Origin: Octopus sinensis
Taxonomy: Eukaryota
Direction of reading: 5' to 3'
DNA length: 64,000 nt
NCBI RefSeq assembly: GCF_006345805.1
Contig: NC_042999.1
Coordinates: 122,512,001-122,576,000, forward strand
Shown: in pieces, positions 39,185-52,302 of the stretch
Layout of the letters: every line of letters starts with the position of its first letter
How positions within the stretch are numbered: position 1 is the stretch's first letter
Made by a program: the position numbers and the translations under genes
Notes under the pieces: model-generated
Databases searched by the model: none
The model's input: the letters and a program-made list of their open reading frames with translations, nothing else
What the model was told of the DNA's origin: nothing

Positions 39185-39666
39185 GTGAGGAGACCAGTTT
39201 ATGTGGTTACAATTGATTTCTCACTCATAAGGGGACCTCTTTAAAATATGGAGGGGGAAAAAACCTTATTTTAAAGGTAAAACCCAAGGTGATTATCTCT
39301 CTTTGCCATTGTTCATCGATCTTGGGCCATGCCACCATCTTGTGGTCACCAAAGCACTGCAAAGGTAAAGGATTGTCTCCCTTCAGCCTCACCTATTGGT
39401 TTCCAGCTATAGTGCCATCCTGTGGATTCCAAAATGCCAGAAGGAATTTCTAAAATGCAAACATGAGCCCAAAATCTCCCTCCTGGAGTATAAGATGCTC
39501 CTGGCATGAATGAGTCTTTAAGGATCCTTCTGCATTTGGCAATGCATAACTTGCACCATTTTGTCCTGTTGATGTAGGGGCCTGGGTTCTCAAGTATATT
39601 CCATGCAATCGAGTATGAAATTTCTTTGTCTCTTAGTTGCCAGATATGGCTGGCCAGCGATGTCAC
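39185..39666 (-). mobile_element. Penelope-like element 3' fragment: C-terminal endonuclease region plus 3' UTR with decayed HHR-like motif
   Basis: TSLASHIWQLRDKEISYSIAWNILE..PY.NRTKWCKLC, then (frameshift) SRREILGSCLH; bounded by microsatellites on both sides. Confidence 0.8.
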
Positions 39667-39667
39667 G

Positions 39668-39712
<45 letters not shown>

Positions 39713-40594
39713 AGTTAGTTGTGTTAGAGGTTAAAATAACTGTCTAAGGGATAGAAGTATCCATTACACTACCAGTATATTACCTATTTTTTACCATGGG
39801 CATGCATATGCAAGCATATTATGCTCATAGATTAGTCCTTTACTTAGTGTCCCTAAGAATACTCAAGCAAAATGGTATGATTACAACCACATTCAACTTT
39901 TCCCTTTTTCTTCTCTGTGCTCTTCTTTATTTATTCTTCACTCTGATGAAGCTCCATGTTTCAGATCAGTTTTATTACCAAATATGATAAATATTTTAGC
40001 ATATCAATGGAAGCAGAAACACCTGTTAGATGGGATGCAGACTATTTGTATTGAATTAATGAATAATAATTGATGTAAGTCAATTGTTGTTCATCAATAT
40101 TTCTCCATTTTCTGTCTTCTTTATATATATATATATATACACACACACAACAGTTTTCTAGCAAAGACACTCACCCACGGTGCCATGCAGTGAGACTGCA
40201 ACTAGAACCATGTGGTTGAGAAATAAAATTATTACTACACAACCAAATCTAGTTGTGATTTTTTAAAAATTTTATTCAAGTCAATCATTCTGTAAATATA
40301 TTCAAAGGTAGTCCATTTAATATTCTATCCTTGTTCAATTTTCATTCCATCTTTGCACTTGTCCTATATTATCATGTTTGGTCTTATTGTCTCAATAGTA
40401 TGGCCAGTCTTTATAGTGAAGTCTCACAAGGTATTGTAATTCTTATTTTCTGTCACTGCTTCTGGTTCATATTCATACCACTTTTCTGTTGTTTTGAAGC
40501 CAAACACTCAACTAACACCTTTCTTATTGATTATTAACCTTTGTCGAGGGTTACATTAATCTTTGTTTATTTATTTTTTTATTTATTATTATTA

Positions 40595-40636
<42 letters not shown>

Positions 40637-43600
40637 TATAAAGTGTCATTCTTGACTGTTGAAAAATAAATTCAATATGAAGAGTTCAGACTGACATACT
40701 TTCCATCATATATTATTTAAGTATCCAAGAATGCAGATTTATACATTGTTTCTTTATTTTGAAATGTTTAAAGAAATTGATTCAAAATTCCTTGTGGATT
40801 TTATATTGTGCTTCTTTGGCACTGATCATACTTGTTCTTAAACCTCATTTTATTTTTTAAATATGAATATTTTAGTATAATATACATGCAATATTATGAT
40901 CTTCAAGTATAGAAACATCGTTTATAATACTTTTTTTGATTCCTTTAAAATTACCAATGTCAGATATACTTTCTAAATTCTAAATTCCTGGTCACCAGGA
41001 TGTTCAAATCTCATGTATTGACTCATTTCTTTTTCATGGAAATTTAAACTACTATTACTACTACTATTTCTGCTACTACAGCTACTACTACTATTGCTGC
41101 TGCTTTAATTGTTGTGCTTAGTAGTTGAAGTAGTGTATATCGTGACACTAAGATAATTGGCAACCAAAAGTTTAGCCCCCACCACTTAGGACGGCTAATA
41201 AATTTGTTTTGTAGACAGTGCTTCTCTTTTACACATTAAAATAATTCTGTTATGACTAGCTTAACATCTACCAGTAGTTTTCTAGTACACCTTCATTTTC
41301 AAACTGTCAATGAATTAATGAAAAATCTATCTTGATATTTCTGTTACCAAAGATCACATCCAATACCTACTTACTTCTTCCAGTACCAAGCAGTCAATTT
41401 GGTTTACCATTTCTTTCTTTCCCAAAAGCACCAATAGTATTAATAACCTGCTTTAACCAGAAATCAAAACTAGTTCATAACTTGGCTTCCCAGTCCTCTG
41501 ACTCTAAGCATTTGTTGTATTCACAACTGTTTTATAAAGCATAACAGGGTTTAATCTTAAACACTTTCTCATATTTTAGCACGCATCATTCTTAGTGTTA
41601 GTATTTAATATAGCAAAAATTGTAATTGACAAATAATTTTCCCAACACTGTTCCATTATTGTTTTGTTATTGATATAAATATATTTTCATACTTTCTATG
41701 TGATCATGTTGCTAACTTAAGTGTTGTTTGCCTTGAAACCATTTTATGCTTTTTAACTTAAACTTTAATTAATGAAGAATTAATTGAGTAACGTTTGTTC
41801 TCCATTAAATTCCTCCAATCTTTTAGATTCATGCTTTTGAATTCAATATTTGATCCATCTTCTGTAAATAGGCTGAAGAAAATCAGAAATAAAATCTAAC
41901 AACAAAAAATATGGACCTGTATTATACTATATATATTTTTTAAAATGAAAAGGATTATTAGTGTTAGAAAATATGATTAAGTTAATGAAATTATAATCAG
42001 TAATAAAAGAATACTGTAAAAACCCAACAGAACTATTAACACCTGATGGAAAATTAATAGTCAGTTTTGAAATTCCCTTGTAAATTTCCTATTTGTGTTA
42101 TCTTTAAAGAGCTTTGAATGAAACAGGATATCTTTATGAACATGATAGGTTACTTATATTGGAAACCACCACAGAGATAGTGGGATAATTAATACTTTGA
42201 TTGTTAATGCTACCATAAACACTGGTGCTAACCTCACTATTGTTACTATCCCTATAATATTCACTATCATTACAATTATCATTGACACCAATAGTATCAG
42301 CATCATCACATTGTCATTAACGTCATCTACATTATCAACAAAAACAAAGGGAAGAACATTTTCTAAATTAAATGAACTGTAAATCAATAAATAGATTTCA
42401 CTCAATAAAAAGTGTGCATATGTCACTATAAAAGGAAGTAATTATGATGAGAAGAGAAAATGAAGCAGATGGGGTGAAAAGGAATTAAAAGCAAAAAAAA
42501 CCATCATCTATTGAAATAAGAAATTATACAAGCAATCTGAAGAGGAAAGAGAGAAATTGATCAGATATGAGGAGGAAAAAAAATAATAAAAGATCAAAAC
42601 TGAAATAGCAATGAAAAAATAAATAAAATAAAATAAATGGAGGAAAAAAGAGTCAAGTAGAAAAATATTATTGAAGAGAATGGATAAAGCCATTCCTATC
42701 TTATTGAATCATACTATGTTTATTGCACCCACTTATTGTAGATTAATTTTTACCCACTTATAAAGAATAAATAAGAAAAGTCAATGTAAGGAAATACTTC
42801 CTTTTATATTTGCTTTCACTTATTTTATTTTATTTTATTTTAAATGCATGTTTTAAGAGTGATGATTGCTGATACTTTTCATGTGCAAACTAATTTCCCT
42901 TGTATGGTTTACTATTTTTCTTAATCTAATTTTTTTTTATGATTTTTAATTAAAAATAAATGCATGTTAGAAAAACTTGTAACTGTCAATGTTTGTTATT
43001 TTGCTTTGCAAAAAAAACCAAAAAAAACTCACGACTTTGTCACTATAAATAACATTCCTCAGAGCAAACCATTATCTTTATTAACACACTTTACAAACAA
43101 AATGAGTTAAAGAAAAGAAAATTCCAGCAATAGTAGGTGGCTAATACTTTGATCAGAGTGAAAATTTAACTATTTGTTTATTTTAAATCTAGGGAATGAT
43201 ATAAATTCACTAAATACAAGAAGATATAGGGTTATAGAATACAGAATTAAGTTCCCATTTCCTCTGAGTCTTCCTTTATCTGATTTTCATTCTTTTTCTC
43301 CTTATAACACACATATAATTCCATCTCTGCACTGATACAGAATGATCTACAATGAATGCCAGCTTGCAATTTGCATCAATAAAATGCATTCATGACCGTT
43401 CAGTTAGGCTTAACCAGTAAAAGATATGATTGAAGAGAAATTTCTGTTTCTTATTAAAACTGTGGCGTAATTAAATTGGGTATGCAAATTCTGAAGTTAT
43501 TGTGAAACTTTTTCATTTGCCATGATTGCTACCACCACCATCAACATCATCATTACTAGCAACACAGCCAACATTATTTTCATTATCCCCGTTATTATCA

Positions 43601-46600
43601 GGATCATCCTTCTTAATTCAGTTTATGGGTATACATGTTATATGAATTTATCATGTTCTTATTTACTCTTGTTTTTTCTGGCCTTGGTGTTTTAAGTATT
43701 TCAAAGTTAACTCTCCATTTAATTCTATTTGTCTGTTGTCTTTTATTCCCTAATAATTTTTCACAACTTCTTATTCGCAACTTACATACATACATGCTGT
43801 ATGCATACATATTTATGTGTGCACATATATGTTGTATTTGTATATATATATATATATATATATTAGAAAGGACTAGAAAGTCCTTGGTACAGTATTATAT
43901 ATTTGGATACTGTTATGGTTTAATGTTAGAATAAAAATACTTGCTCATCTGAAAGCTAGTAGCTAGAAAGCAGCATATTTTGTTTATCTGGTTGGACACT
44001 TGCTTAAACACAGAGTAGTGTCAACAATTTGTAGCAGTAACATAACACATACTAAATTGACATTTTTTGCATTTGTTCAGTAACCTCTGTTCACTTTGCT
44101 CAAGGAAATTTATAACATAAATGTAATCAATTTCAAGTTTGGCTTCCAACTTTAACCATACCAGAAACTGGCCTCCTAACACATTTCATAGTCCTTCAAG
44201 AAATAATTTGGATGGAACTTTAATGCTTGTTAATCAAACTATTGATGGATAAATAAATGGAGCAATTTTTTTTATATTGGCGTATCAACACGTATGGAAT
44301 TGTACCTGTTTCCATGCTCATATATTAATACATCTAGAGATATACTTTATAGAAAAATGAACATAAAAATTATAATAAACAGGAAGTAAATTAGTGAGAG
44401 AATCAAATTGGCACTTCAATCCTATATTTTGTTTAATGTATGCACACACATTATGTGCATAATGTCACTGATTTGCAAGAAATACACAGCCAGAAATATT
44501 TTAATGGGCCTCCTAAGCTTATTGCTTATAGTAAAATAGGTAGCAAATGTGATCTAGAAGGAGAGTGAGAATAAAAAAAAAGAATGAAAAAATGTGAAAA
44601 TGTAAACTGATTTTTATTGTTATCAGTAACTGATTGTTCAGTCAGTTAAGGCTATGAAATATTGTTTTGAACTGCCAAGGTCACAAGCTTCTCATATTTC
44701 TTTGGCTTGTTGATATGTACCAGTAATATAACAAAGTTCATGCAAAACTGTCTATTTGCTTTCCATTGTATAATTGATTAAGTGCCTAATAATGTTTTAT
44801 AGAGTTACCTATTCTGTATCTTAGCCTAAATATTACAGGATTATTTCATATGAGTTTCAGTCTATATTTAATCATTCAGAGAATTTCTTAATATGTTTCA
44901 TATGTTTCATATCGACATAAGGCTGAGATAATTTATTTTATTAGTCTGTGAGTCAAGAAATACTGCAATGCAAGTATTTTGAAAGGTAAGTGGCTCTCTT
45001 ACATCAACCTTTTTAAGTTCATGTCTTGGATAAATACATTGGTTGTTGGTTCTGAGGAAGTTTAGCTGAAAGTAAAATAATGACATAATAATGTTAATAT
45101 ATTAATATTTTGGGATCATTTATGGAAAACAAAAGTGCTACATAAATATAAACATCCATTAACGTATATGAGCAAGGGAAAAAAATAATTATGTAATTGT
45201 TTGGTTTTAATGCATGAACTCAGATCAAGTCACTTGCAAACAATTAAAATTGTGCAAGTTATAAATTAGATGATAATGAGGAAGTTAACTAAACATATTC
45301 AAAATTATAACTATAACTGAAAACACAAATGATTAACATCAAAGAATCCCATCTCTCTGTTATTGAAAGGACATTGTAGCTAGTTTTTAAGGAAATTTAA
45401 AATGTTGGTATATTCTTGCAAAATCAAAATTATGTCAAAAAGAAGGTATATATTTAGTGCAATCTAATGATTGAATTGTAATTATGTTGTTCTGTAATTT
45501 CATGTATGTCCTTATATATTCATACATGCACAATCATTCTCCAAAAGCTTCTCAGTGCACAATAGAACACATTTTTGGGTGTCAGTAGCTTTTGAAGAGT
45601 TATGATTAAAATCTAGTATCTGTCTTTGGTAAGAGAACCCTTGCTTTCTTGTGGGGAGGAATTTCGTTTCATATTGTGTGTTTATGAAACACTGATCAAT
45701 TTAAGACTATTTCAGTTGCTTACAGAAGTGAATGATTTTATCCTCATGTAAATAATTTGAGCTTGACTTTGATATACATTCATTGAGAAATAAGTGTCTT
45801 GACAATGTACACAATGCGGCTCTGGTGATGTAATAAAAACTGCCAATCTTACAGTTAATTTCCAATATAGTTAAATATTTATTTCTATTTATTGTTCTGT
45901 GTATGTGACATACCCAAGATAATTCAAGATGTTGAAAATATTAAGATTATCTGGGACATTTTTCCTGATATATTGATTTAAAATACGCTACCAATGTGGA
46001 GCACCCTTTCAGTATTTTTTCTTATTTTTTTTTTATATGAACTCAAATTTAATTGACATTAGAAAAAGTTTCTAAATGTTTATCTAAGGAAATCAATTTT
46101 TTTTAAATTAGATATTTTCAGTTCTTTTTTTATCTTAAGAATACCAATCACCTTATTATTCTTTTCTTATTCTATTCCCATTTTCATCCATTTAAAGTTC
46201 TTTTTATTTTCATTCTATCTTTCCTCTGATTATCTTTGGTTAAGATATAAAATTTCTCTTGATGATAAAATCTGTCTTGATATAAAAGGATATTTCATGA
46301 TATTATCATTGACTTAATGTCTACATTCAAGCTAACATAAAACTCACGAAATGATTATATATCTGAGAATCTTCTAAATTAAATAATCATTTCAGCAGGT
46401 TTCAAACTTAAGGAAGCTCATCCTACTGCATTAACTTATTTTATACTATTCTTCATCTGGTAGGGTACTAATGTTTATTGATTATATCAAGGAGTATGTT
46501 GAAATGACTGGAAAATCTATTTACATAATGATATCATTTATTCAGTAGCTGCATTTTTGTTTTTGCTTTTTATTAGTAGAAATATATTTTATTTTAATTT

Positions 46601-47353
46601 TAATCAATAAATAACTTTTTTAAAAAGTGAATATTGGGAAAACTGAAAAGAAAAAAGAAAACAAATAAATCAATAAAGGTTTGATGGATAAATGAATTTA
46701 GATTTTGAAATTCTTTATACTTCTAGAATATAATTTTATGTACATAAATTTTTATAGATTAAATTTTTATTAATTGTTTTTATTTCTCTGATGAGGAAGA
46801 ACAGTGCCTTTAGCATTCTAGTCCTTCAGAGATTGAGCCATCTAGCTTTGTAGAGGAAATTTTGATTTCATGAATCTAAATGAAGAATTTTATGTTGCTA
46901 TGAAAGACAATTGGAGATTATGAAACCAATCATTTAAAAGAAACATGATAATTGCATTCTTACATAGAGAGGATTCAATGCTATGAGCTTCTTTGTGATG
47001 TTGTAGTTATTGCTGATTGATCTCATATGAGTGCTGATTTACAGGTATGTGACTGAAGTAATCCAGCCATTGCAATCTCATTTTTTCCCTAGTTTAGATT
47101 TTAGATTATTTATTAGTTAGATTGATGATGAAGAGCAGTGACTCTGCTATTCTAACTCTACAGAGACTGAGTAACTATGCACCTAAGATCACATCATTTT
47201 GTATGCCTTTTTATTCTTTACGGTAGTAGCCAAGACCCTTCAGGGAAATGACCTTGCTTGATATATAAGTAGAGTACTGGTAGAAACTCCATACGTTGTA
47301 CCCAGCACAAGCTTTGAACACATAAGGGGTGATGCGGTATCACAGGAAGGTTA

Positions 47354-47394
<41 letters not shown>

Positions 47395-47395
<1 letters not shown>

Positions 47396-47620
47396 GCATG
47401 TGTATCTTTGTGGTTGTTTGTCCTACACCACTGCTTGACAACCAGTGTTGGTGTGTTTGCATTCCCAGAACTTGGCAGTTTAATAAAAGGGAGTGATAGA
47501 ACAAGTACCGGGCTTAAGAGAAAAATAAGTACTAAGGTTGATTCATTCGACTAAAATTCTACAAGGTGGTGTTCCAGCATGGCTGCAGTTTAATGACTGA
47601 AACAATTAAACGATAAAAAT
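47395..47620 (+). mobile_element. Family A SINE 3' half
   Basis: 'accactgcttgacaaccagtgttggtgtgttt...tccagcatggctgcagtttaatgactgaaac'. Confidence 0.7.
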
Positions 47621-48030
47621 AATTTAAAATCTTATCTGTTTACAAATAACAAAAATTGAAACTCCAGTAATCTTTATATACTATCATGATCATCATGAGA
47701 CTAATTGAATTTACATGTGCCCAGTTTTCTTTAACATTACTCATCCTATGGATCATGTTCAATTTAATTTTCTTTAATAACTGTGCAGTTAGTTATAGAG
47801 TTTCATATTTATAGATGCTTGATATTTACTATCTTTTTTCTCAAGAAGATGAATATTTTGTTGTCAATAGTGATAGCAATTTCTTGTCATTAACAAACCC
47901 TAAATGCTAAACTGTTACTAACGTCTAGTAACATCTAGCATGAACTGAGTTTCTTTAATGACAGAGCTTTTTTTTTAAAAAAAGAGGAAAATAGATCTAG
48001 TTGACAGTAAATCAGTCTAACAGAATAATA

Positions 48031-48082
<52 letters not shown>

Positions 48083-48807
48083 CATGCACACACACACACA
48101 CATATACATATGTATATATGTATGTATGTATGTATATGTGTACATGTGTGTATGTATATATATGTGTGTGTGTATGTATATATATATATACATGTATATA
48201 GAGTGAGTGAGTGAGAGGAAAAATAAATTTAGATAGATAGAAAATATTAGCTTGTAGCCAAAGTGATAAGAAAAGAAGAAGGCAAGTTATTTCAATAATG
48301 GGAGACTATAGTGAAAGATCTAAAATAAATATTTATGATGACAGATAGAAGCTTACATGTATCTTACATAAGATAGGCTCTTAAAATCTCTGAAAAATGT
48401 TTAAGGAAAACCTTTTTCTCCCCAAGATTATGATAATTCTACACATGCAATGCTCAAATTACTCTGTTGGAGAGAATTTAAATGGCTGACTGACATTTAT
48501 ATGGTGGAAAGATATTAAGAAAACATTTATATATATTGAATGCAAATGCAGATATTGGATACATAAGGATATAATCTGTCTAGTGCTTAATTTTTGTTTA
48601 CTTTTAATCTTTCTCTTTATACTTCATGAATATGATGTCTCCATTTATACTCAATATGTAAAATTTGATAAGTTGAATAACGTTTTTTGGATAGTCATGA
48701 ATTAATTAAACATTTAGAAACAACTTTATAAGTACTGACAACATAGTGTACTATATTTTCTTCATTAAAATGGTTATTTTATTTGCAGTTTAATAACTAT
48801 ATATATA

Positions 48808-48912
48808 TCATCATCATCATCATCATCATTTAGCGTCCGTTTTCCATGCTAGCATGGGTTGGACGGTTCAACTGGGGTCTGGGGAGCCCGAAGGCTGCAC
48901 CAGGCCAGTCAG
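48808..48912 (-). mobile_element. RTE-type 3' end, truncated at (TA)n
   Basis: (CAT)n followed by 'ttagcgtccgttttccatgctagcatgggttggacgg'. Confidence 0.75.
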
Positions 48913-48980
48913 ATATATATATATATATATATATAATATATATATATATAAGTAAATGTAATATGAGACAATTATCCGGT

Positions 48981-49053
48981 AGCCATAATAAAACTCTGAG
49001 TTTCGGATGCCGCGGTGGAAATCCACGCTGCCATCTTTTCAGTTATCCAGCCA
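48981..49053 (-). ncRNA. Type I HHR-like motif with G8>A (second copy at 49384-49456)
   Basis: GATAA-CTGAAAA-GATG..CATC-C-GAAA-CTC-A-GAG-TT-TTATT. Confidence 0.6.
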
Positions 49054-49134
49054 TTGGAAAAATGACATCGGAAAAAGTAAATAGGTGATATCTTTTTTCA
49101 GTTTCTGTTGGAAAGTAAATAGGCATTTTTCCGA

Positions 49135-49208
49135 TGGCCAGATAACTGAAGAGATGGCAGCATGGATTTCCACCTCGGCATCCAAAACTCAGAGTTTTAT
49201 CATGGCTA
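49135..49208 (+). ncRNA. Type I HHR-like motif with G12>A (second copy at 49538-49611)
   Basis: GATAA-CTGAAGA-GATG..CATC-C-AAAA-CTC-A-GAG-TT-TTATC; stem I extends past a one-base bulge. Confidence 0.6.
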
Positions 49209-49313
49209 CTGAATAATTGTCTCATATTGCATTTACAGATAAATTCCTCTATTTGCATAATATCGAGGTCTCTTTCTTTCTTTTGTTGTCTTGCCATTTT
49301 TATCAATATATAT

Positions 49314-49355
<42 letters not shown>

Positions 49356-49706
49356 TAAATGTAATATGAGACAATTATCCGGTAGCCATAATAAAACTCT
49401 GAGTTTCGGATGCCGCGGTGGAAATCCACGCTGCCATCTTTTCAGTTATCCAGCCATTGGAAAAATGACATCGGAAAAAGTAAATAGGTGATATCTTTTT
49501 TCAGTTTCTGTTGGAAAGTAAATAGGCATTTTTCCGATGGCCAGATAACTGAAGAGATGGCAGCATGGATTTCCACCTCGGCATCCAAAACTCAGAGTTT
49601 TATCATGGCTACTGAATAATTGTCTCATATTGCATTTACAGATAAATTCCTCTATTTGCATAATATCGAGGTCTCTTTCTTTCTTTTGTTGTCTTGCCAT
49701 TTTTAT

Positions 49707-49742
<36 letters not shown>

Positions 49743-50169
49743 AGAGAGAGGAAGACAGACAGACATTTAATGTAGGAGAAATTACTACGGACACAAATTT
49801 GTATCATTTGTTTCCTATGTATGTTTCTCCATTATGATTGCTGGGAACCTCTGTATTCTATGTTTCAAGTGCAATTGGATGCTTAACCACTATGGATTAT
49901 CAGGCAACATGCACTGGTTGCTGTTGAGCCAGGATGTAACAGATGTGCAGCTAGCTCCAGTATGTCTTCTCTGGCTGGCACTGGATTTAGAAAAGACAGC
50001 AGAATAGTGATTAATGAATTAGACAAGAAAGTATAAAATGCATATATGGTAAAGTTCTAAACTGAGAGCAAATGACAATCTTTCAGTGAGTTATAAAATA
50101 AAAACTGTTTTGAACACAATAAGTGGGTGACAGGAGGTTGTGTTGATGTATTTGGCTTGCAGTAGGGCC

Positions 50170-50480
50170 TGTATGTACTGGATCCCTAGTCAAGCATGAC
50201 ATCTAAGAATTCCATGGTGGTGAGATTGGTCTCGGTGGTAATTTTCAGTCCCATGGAGCCAAGTGTGCAAATTATATCTTTCCTAAGCCTGTCTAGGGTG
50301 TGTTCGTTTGCTCCTCTAGAGATGGCCAGGGTGTCATCTCTACAGAGTCCAAAGAGGACAAGGGGGAACTTTTTTAAGGGTATCAAGAATATGCAACCCT
50401 ATGAGGTCACATATATCAGCAGTCATAGGCCCCCATCGCTAGATTGTGAGTACAACATCCTTACCCCTAAGGCGTGCAAC
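50170..50480 (-). mobile_element. Penelope-like reverse transcriptase fragment (frameshifted)
   Basis: LAMGAYD-ADICDLIGLHILDTL / FGLCRDDTLAI...DRLRKDII...GLKITTETNLTTMEFLDVMLD corresponds to the PLE RT motifs 'MGSYDGAEICELVG', 'GLYRDDGL' and 'FLDVTL'. Confidence 0.85.
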
Positions 50481-50725
<245 letters not shown>

Positions 50726-51274
50726 AATATGAAATATATTACTAAATTTTTAGTTTATGTGTAAATAGATGATGATAATTCATAATTTTTATCGATATTC
50801 TTAATTTATGTCCTTTTCATTTCAGAAATTTCTCACATCATTGGTTGGTTAATTTACAAAATTTTACCAGTTTATACACCCAAATTCCATAAATTATCTA
50901 CTTTTATAAGCTTCGTTATTTTTTATATGGATAATGTATTAAATTTGTCAAAACTGCAAGACAGACGAAAGCTTTACGGAATGATGTGATATAATAATAG
51001 ATAGAAAATGATATTTATTTACATTTCTGCTAAATCATTTTTTTAAAGTCTTATCAAAACTCTGTCTTATAATATATTTTTACTCCAATAGAGATAAATT
51101 AATCATGCTTCTTCTTCTTCTTCTATACAAAAACAATAAAATCCTTGTAGCAATTTCACTTCTACAAAAATATCAAGTACAATGAGTAAATGACAAGAAC
51201 CTTTTCTAACACAAAGCTATTTTTGTGATAGAAAATTGATTTTACTTCTTTTAAATACCTTATTAAGGTATTTA

Positions 51275-51688
51275 CTCTTTACTCTTTTAATTGTTTCTGT
51301 CATTTGACTGTGGCCTTACTGAAGCACTGCCTTTAGTCGAGCAAATCGACCCCAGGACTTATTCTTTGGAAGCCTAGTACTTATTCTATCGGTCTCTTTT
51401 GCCAAACCACTAAGTTACGGGGACATAAGCACACCACTATCGGTTGTCAAGCAATGTTGGGGGGACAAACACAGACACACAAACATACACACAAACACAT
51501 ATATATATATATATACATATATACGATAGGATTCTTTCAGTTTCTGTCTACCATATCCACTCACAAGGCTTTGGTCAGCCCAAGGCTATAGTAGAAGACA
51601 CTTTCCCAAGGTGCCACACAGTGGGACTGAACCCGGAACCATGTGGTTGGTAAACAAGCTACTTACCACACAGCTACTCCTATGCCTA
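51275..51688 (-). mobile_element. Family A SINE, best-preserved copy
   Basis: Intact tRNA-like head 'catggttccgggttcagtcccactgtgtggcaccttgg' on minus; collinear with the other copies. Confidence 0.85.
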
Positions 51689-52029
51689 TATTTACTTCTT
51701 TCTTTTTTTTAAAGTTATAAAAGCCATGTTTGTCTGAATTAAACATATCAATATTTCCAGTACATGTGTTGTTAGGTTCTCACTTTACAAGTCATAACTA
51801 TTTCTTTTCACATATATTGTTTATACCATTTAGAAAGTCATAAATGTCATAAAACACTGAAATCCTTGTAAATATTTAAAGATGCAGCCGTCTCTCCTGC
51901 TCCCACAGATTACTCCTTATTAGCTTCATAATGCTCAAGCTATCACACATTCCCATAACTACTCAGCTCCTCCATTGCCCCTCCCCTCTCAGATTCCTTG
52001 TCTTGCAAAGTTACTTGGTATCCCTGCCA

Positions 52030-52302
52030 GTGCAGGTGTCACTTAAAAAGCATCCACTTCACATTGTAAAGTGGTTAGTATCTGGAAGGGCACCCAGCTG
52101 TAAAAACCATGCCAAAACTGACCTCACCTTTTCAAGTGCCACATAAAAAGCAATCATCCCACTCTGCAGAGTGGCCGGTGTTATGAAGAGCATCTAGCCA
52201 TAAAAACCATGCCAAAATGGACACAAGCATGGCACAGGCTCTTGCCTGGCCAGCTCCTGTCCATGCCAGCATGGAAGGAGGACATTAAAAGACAATGATG
52301 AT
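52030..52302 (+). mobile_element. RTE-type 3' end, decayed, with internal duplication
   Basis: Two 'gtgg..(a/g)gt...gaag(g/a)gca.c.agc..taaaaaccatgccaaaa' blocks; (GAT)n tail. Confidence 0.65.

Larger units (their letters stand above)
48951..49709. mobile_element. Tandem duplication (period 403 bp) of a palindromic PLE-type stub carrying four HHR-like motifs
   Basis: Units 48951-49306 and 49354-49709 look identical; each has ~115-bp inverted arms (48952-49066 / 49122-49236). Confidence 0.8.

Noticed and set aside
42154-42426. Hydrophobic and Thr/Ile-rich ORFs on both strands
   Set aside because: Decayed trinucleotide (CAT/ACT) low-complexity sequence
48951-49709. CRISPR-like or tRNA-gene interpretation of the repeats
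   Set aside because: Eukaryotic context with no repeat-spacer structure; the tRNA-like heads belong to SINEs and no full cloverleaf was seen
49880-50035. GC-richer open frames (e.g. VAVEPGCNRCAASSSMSSLAGTGFRKDSRIVINELDKK)
   Set aside because: Weak splice signals and no recognisable motif; cannot be supported without a search
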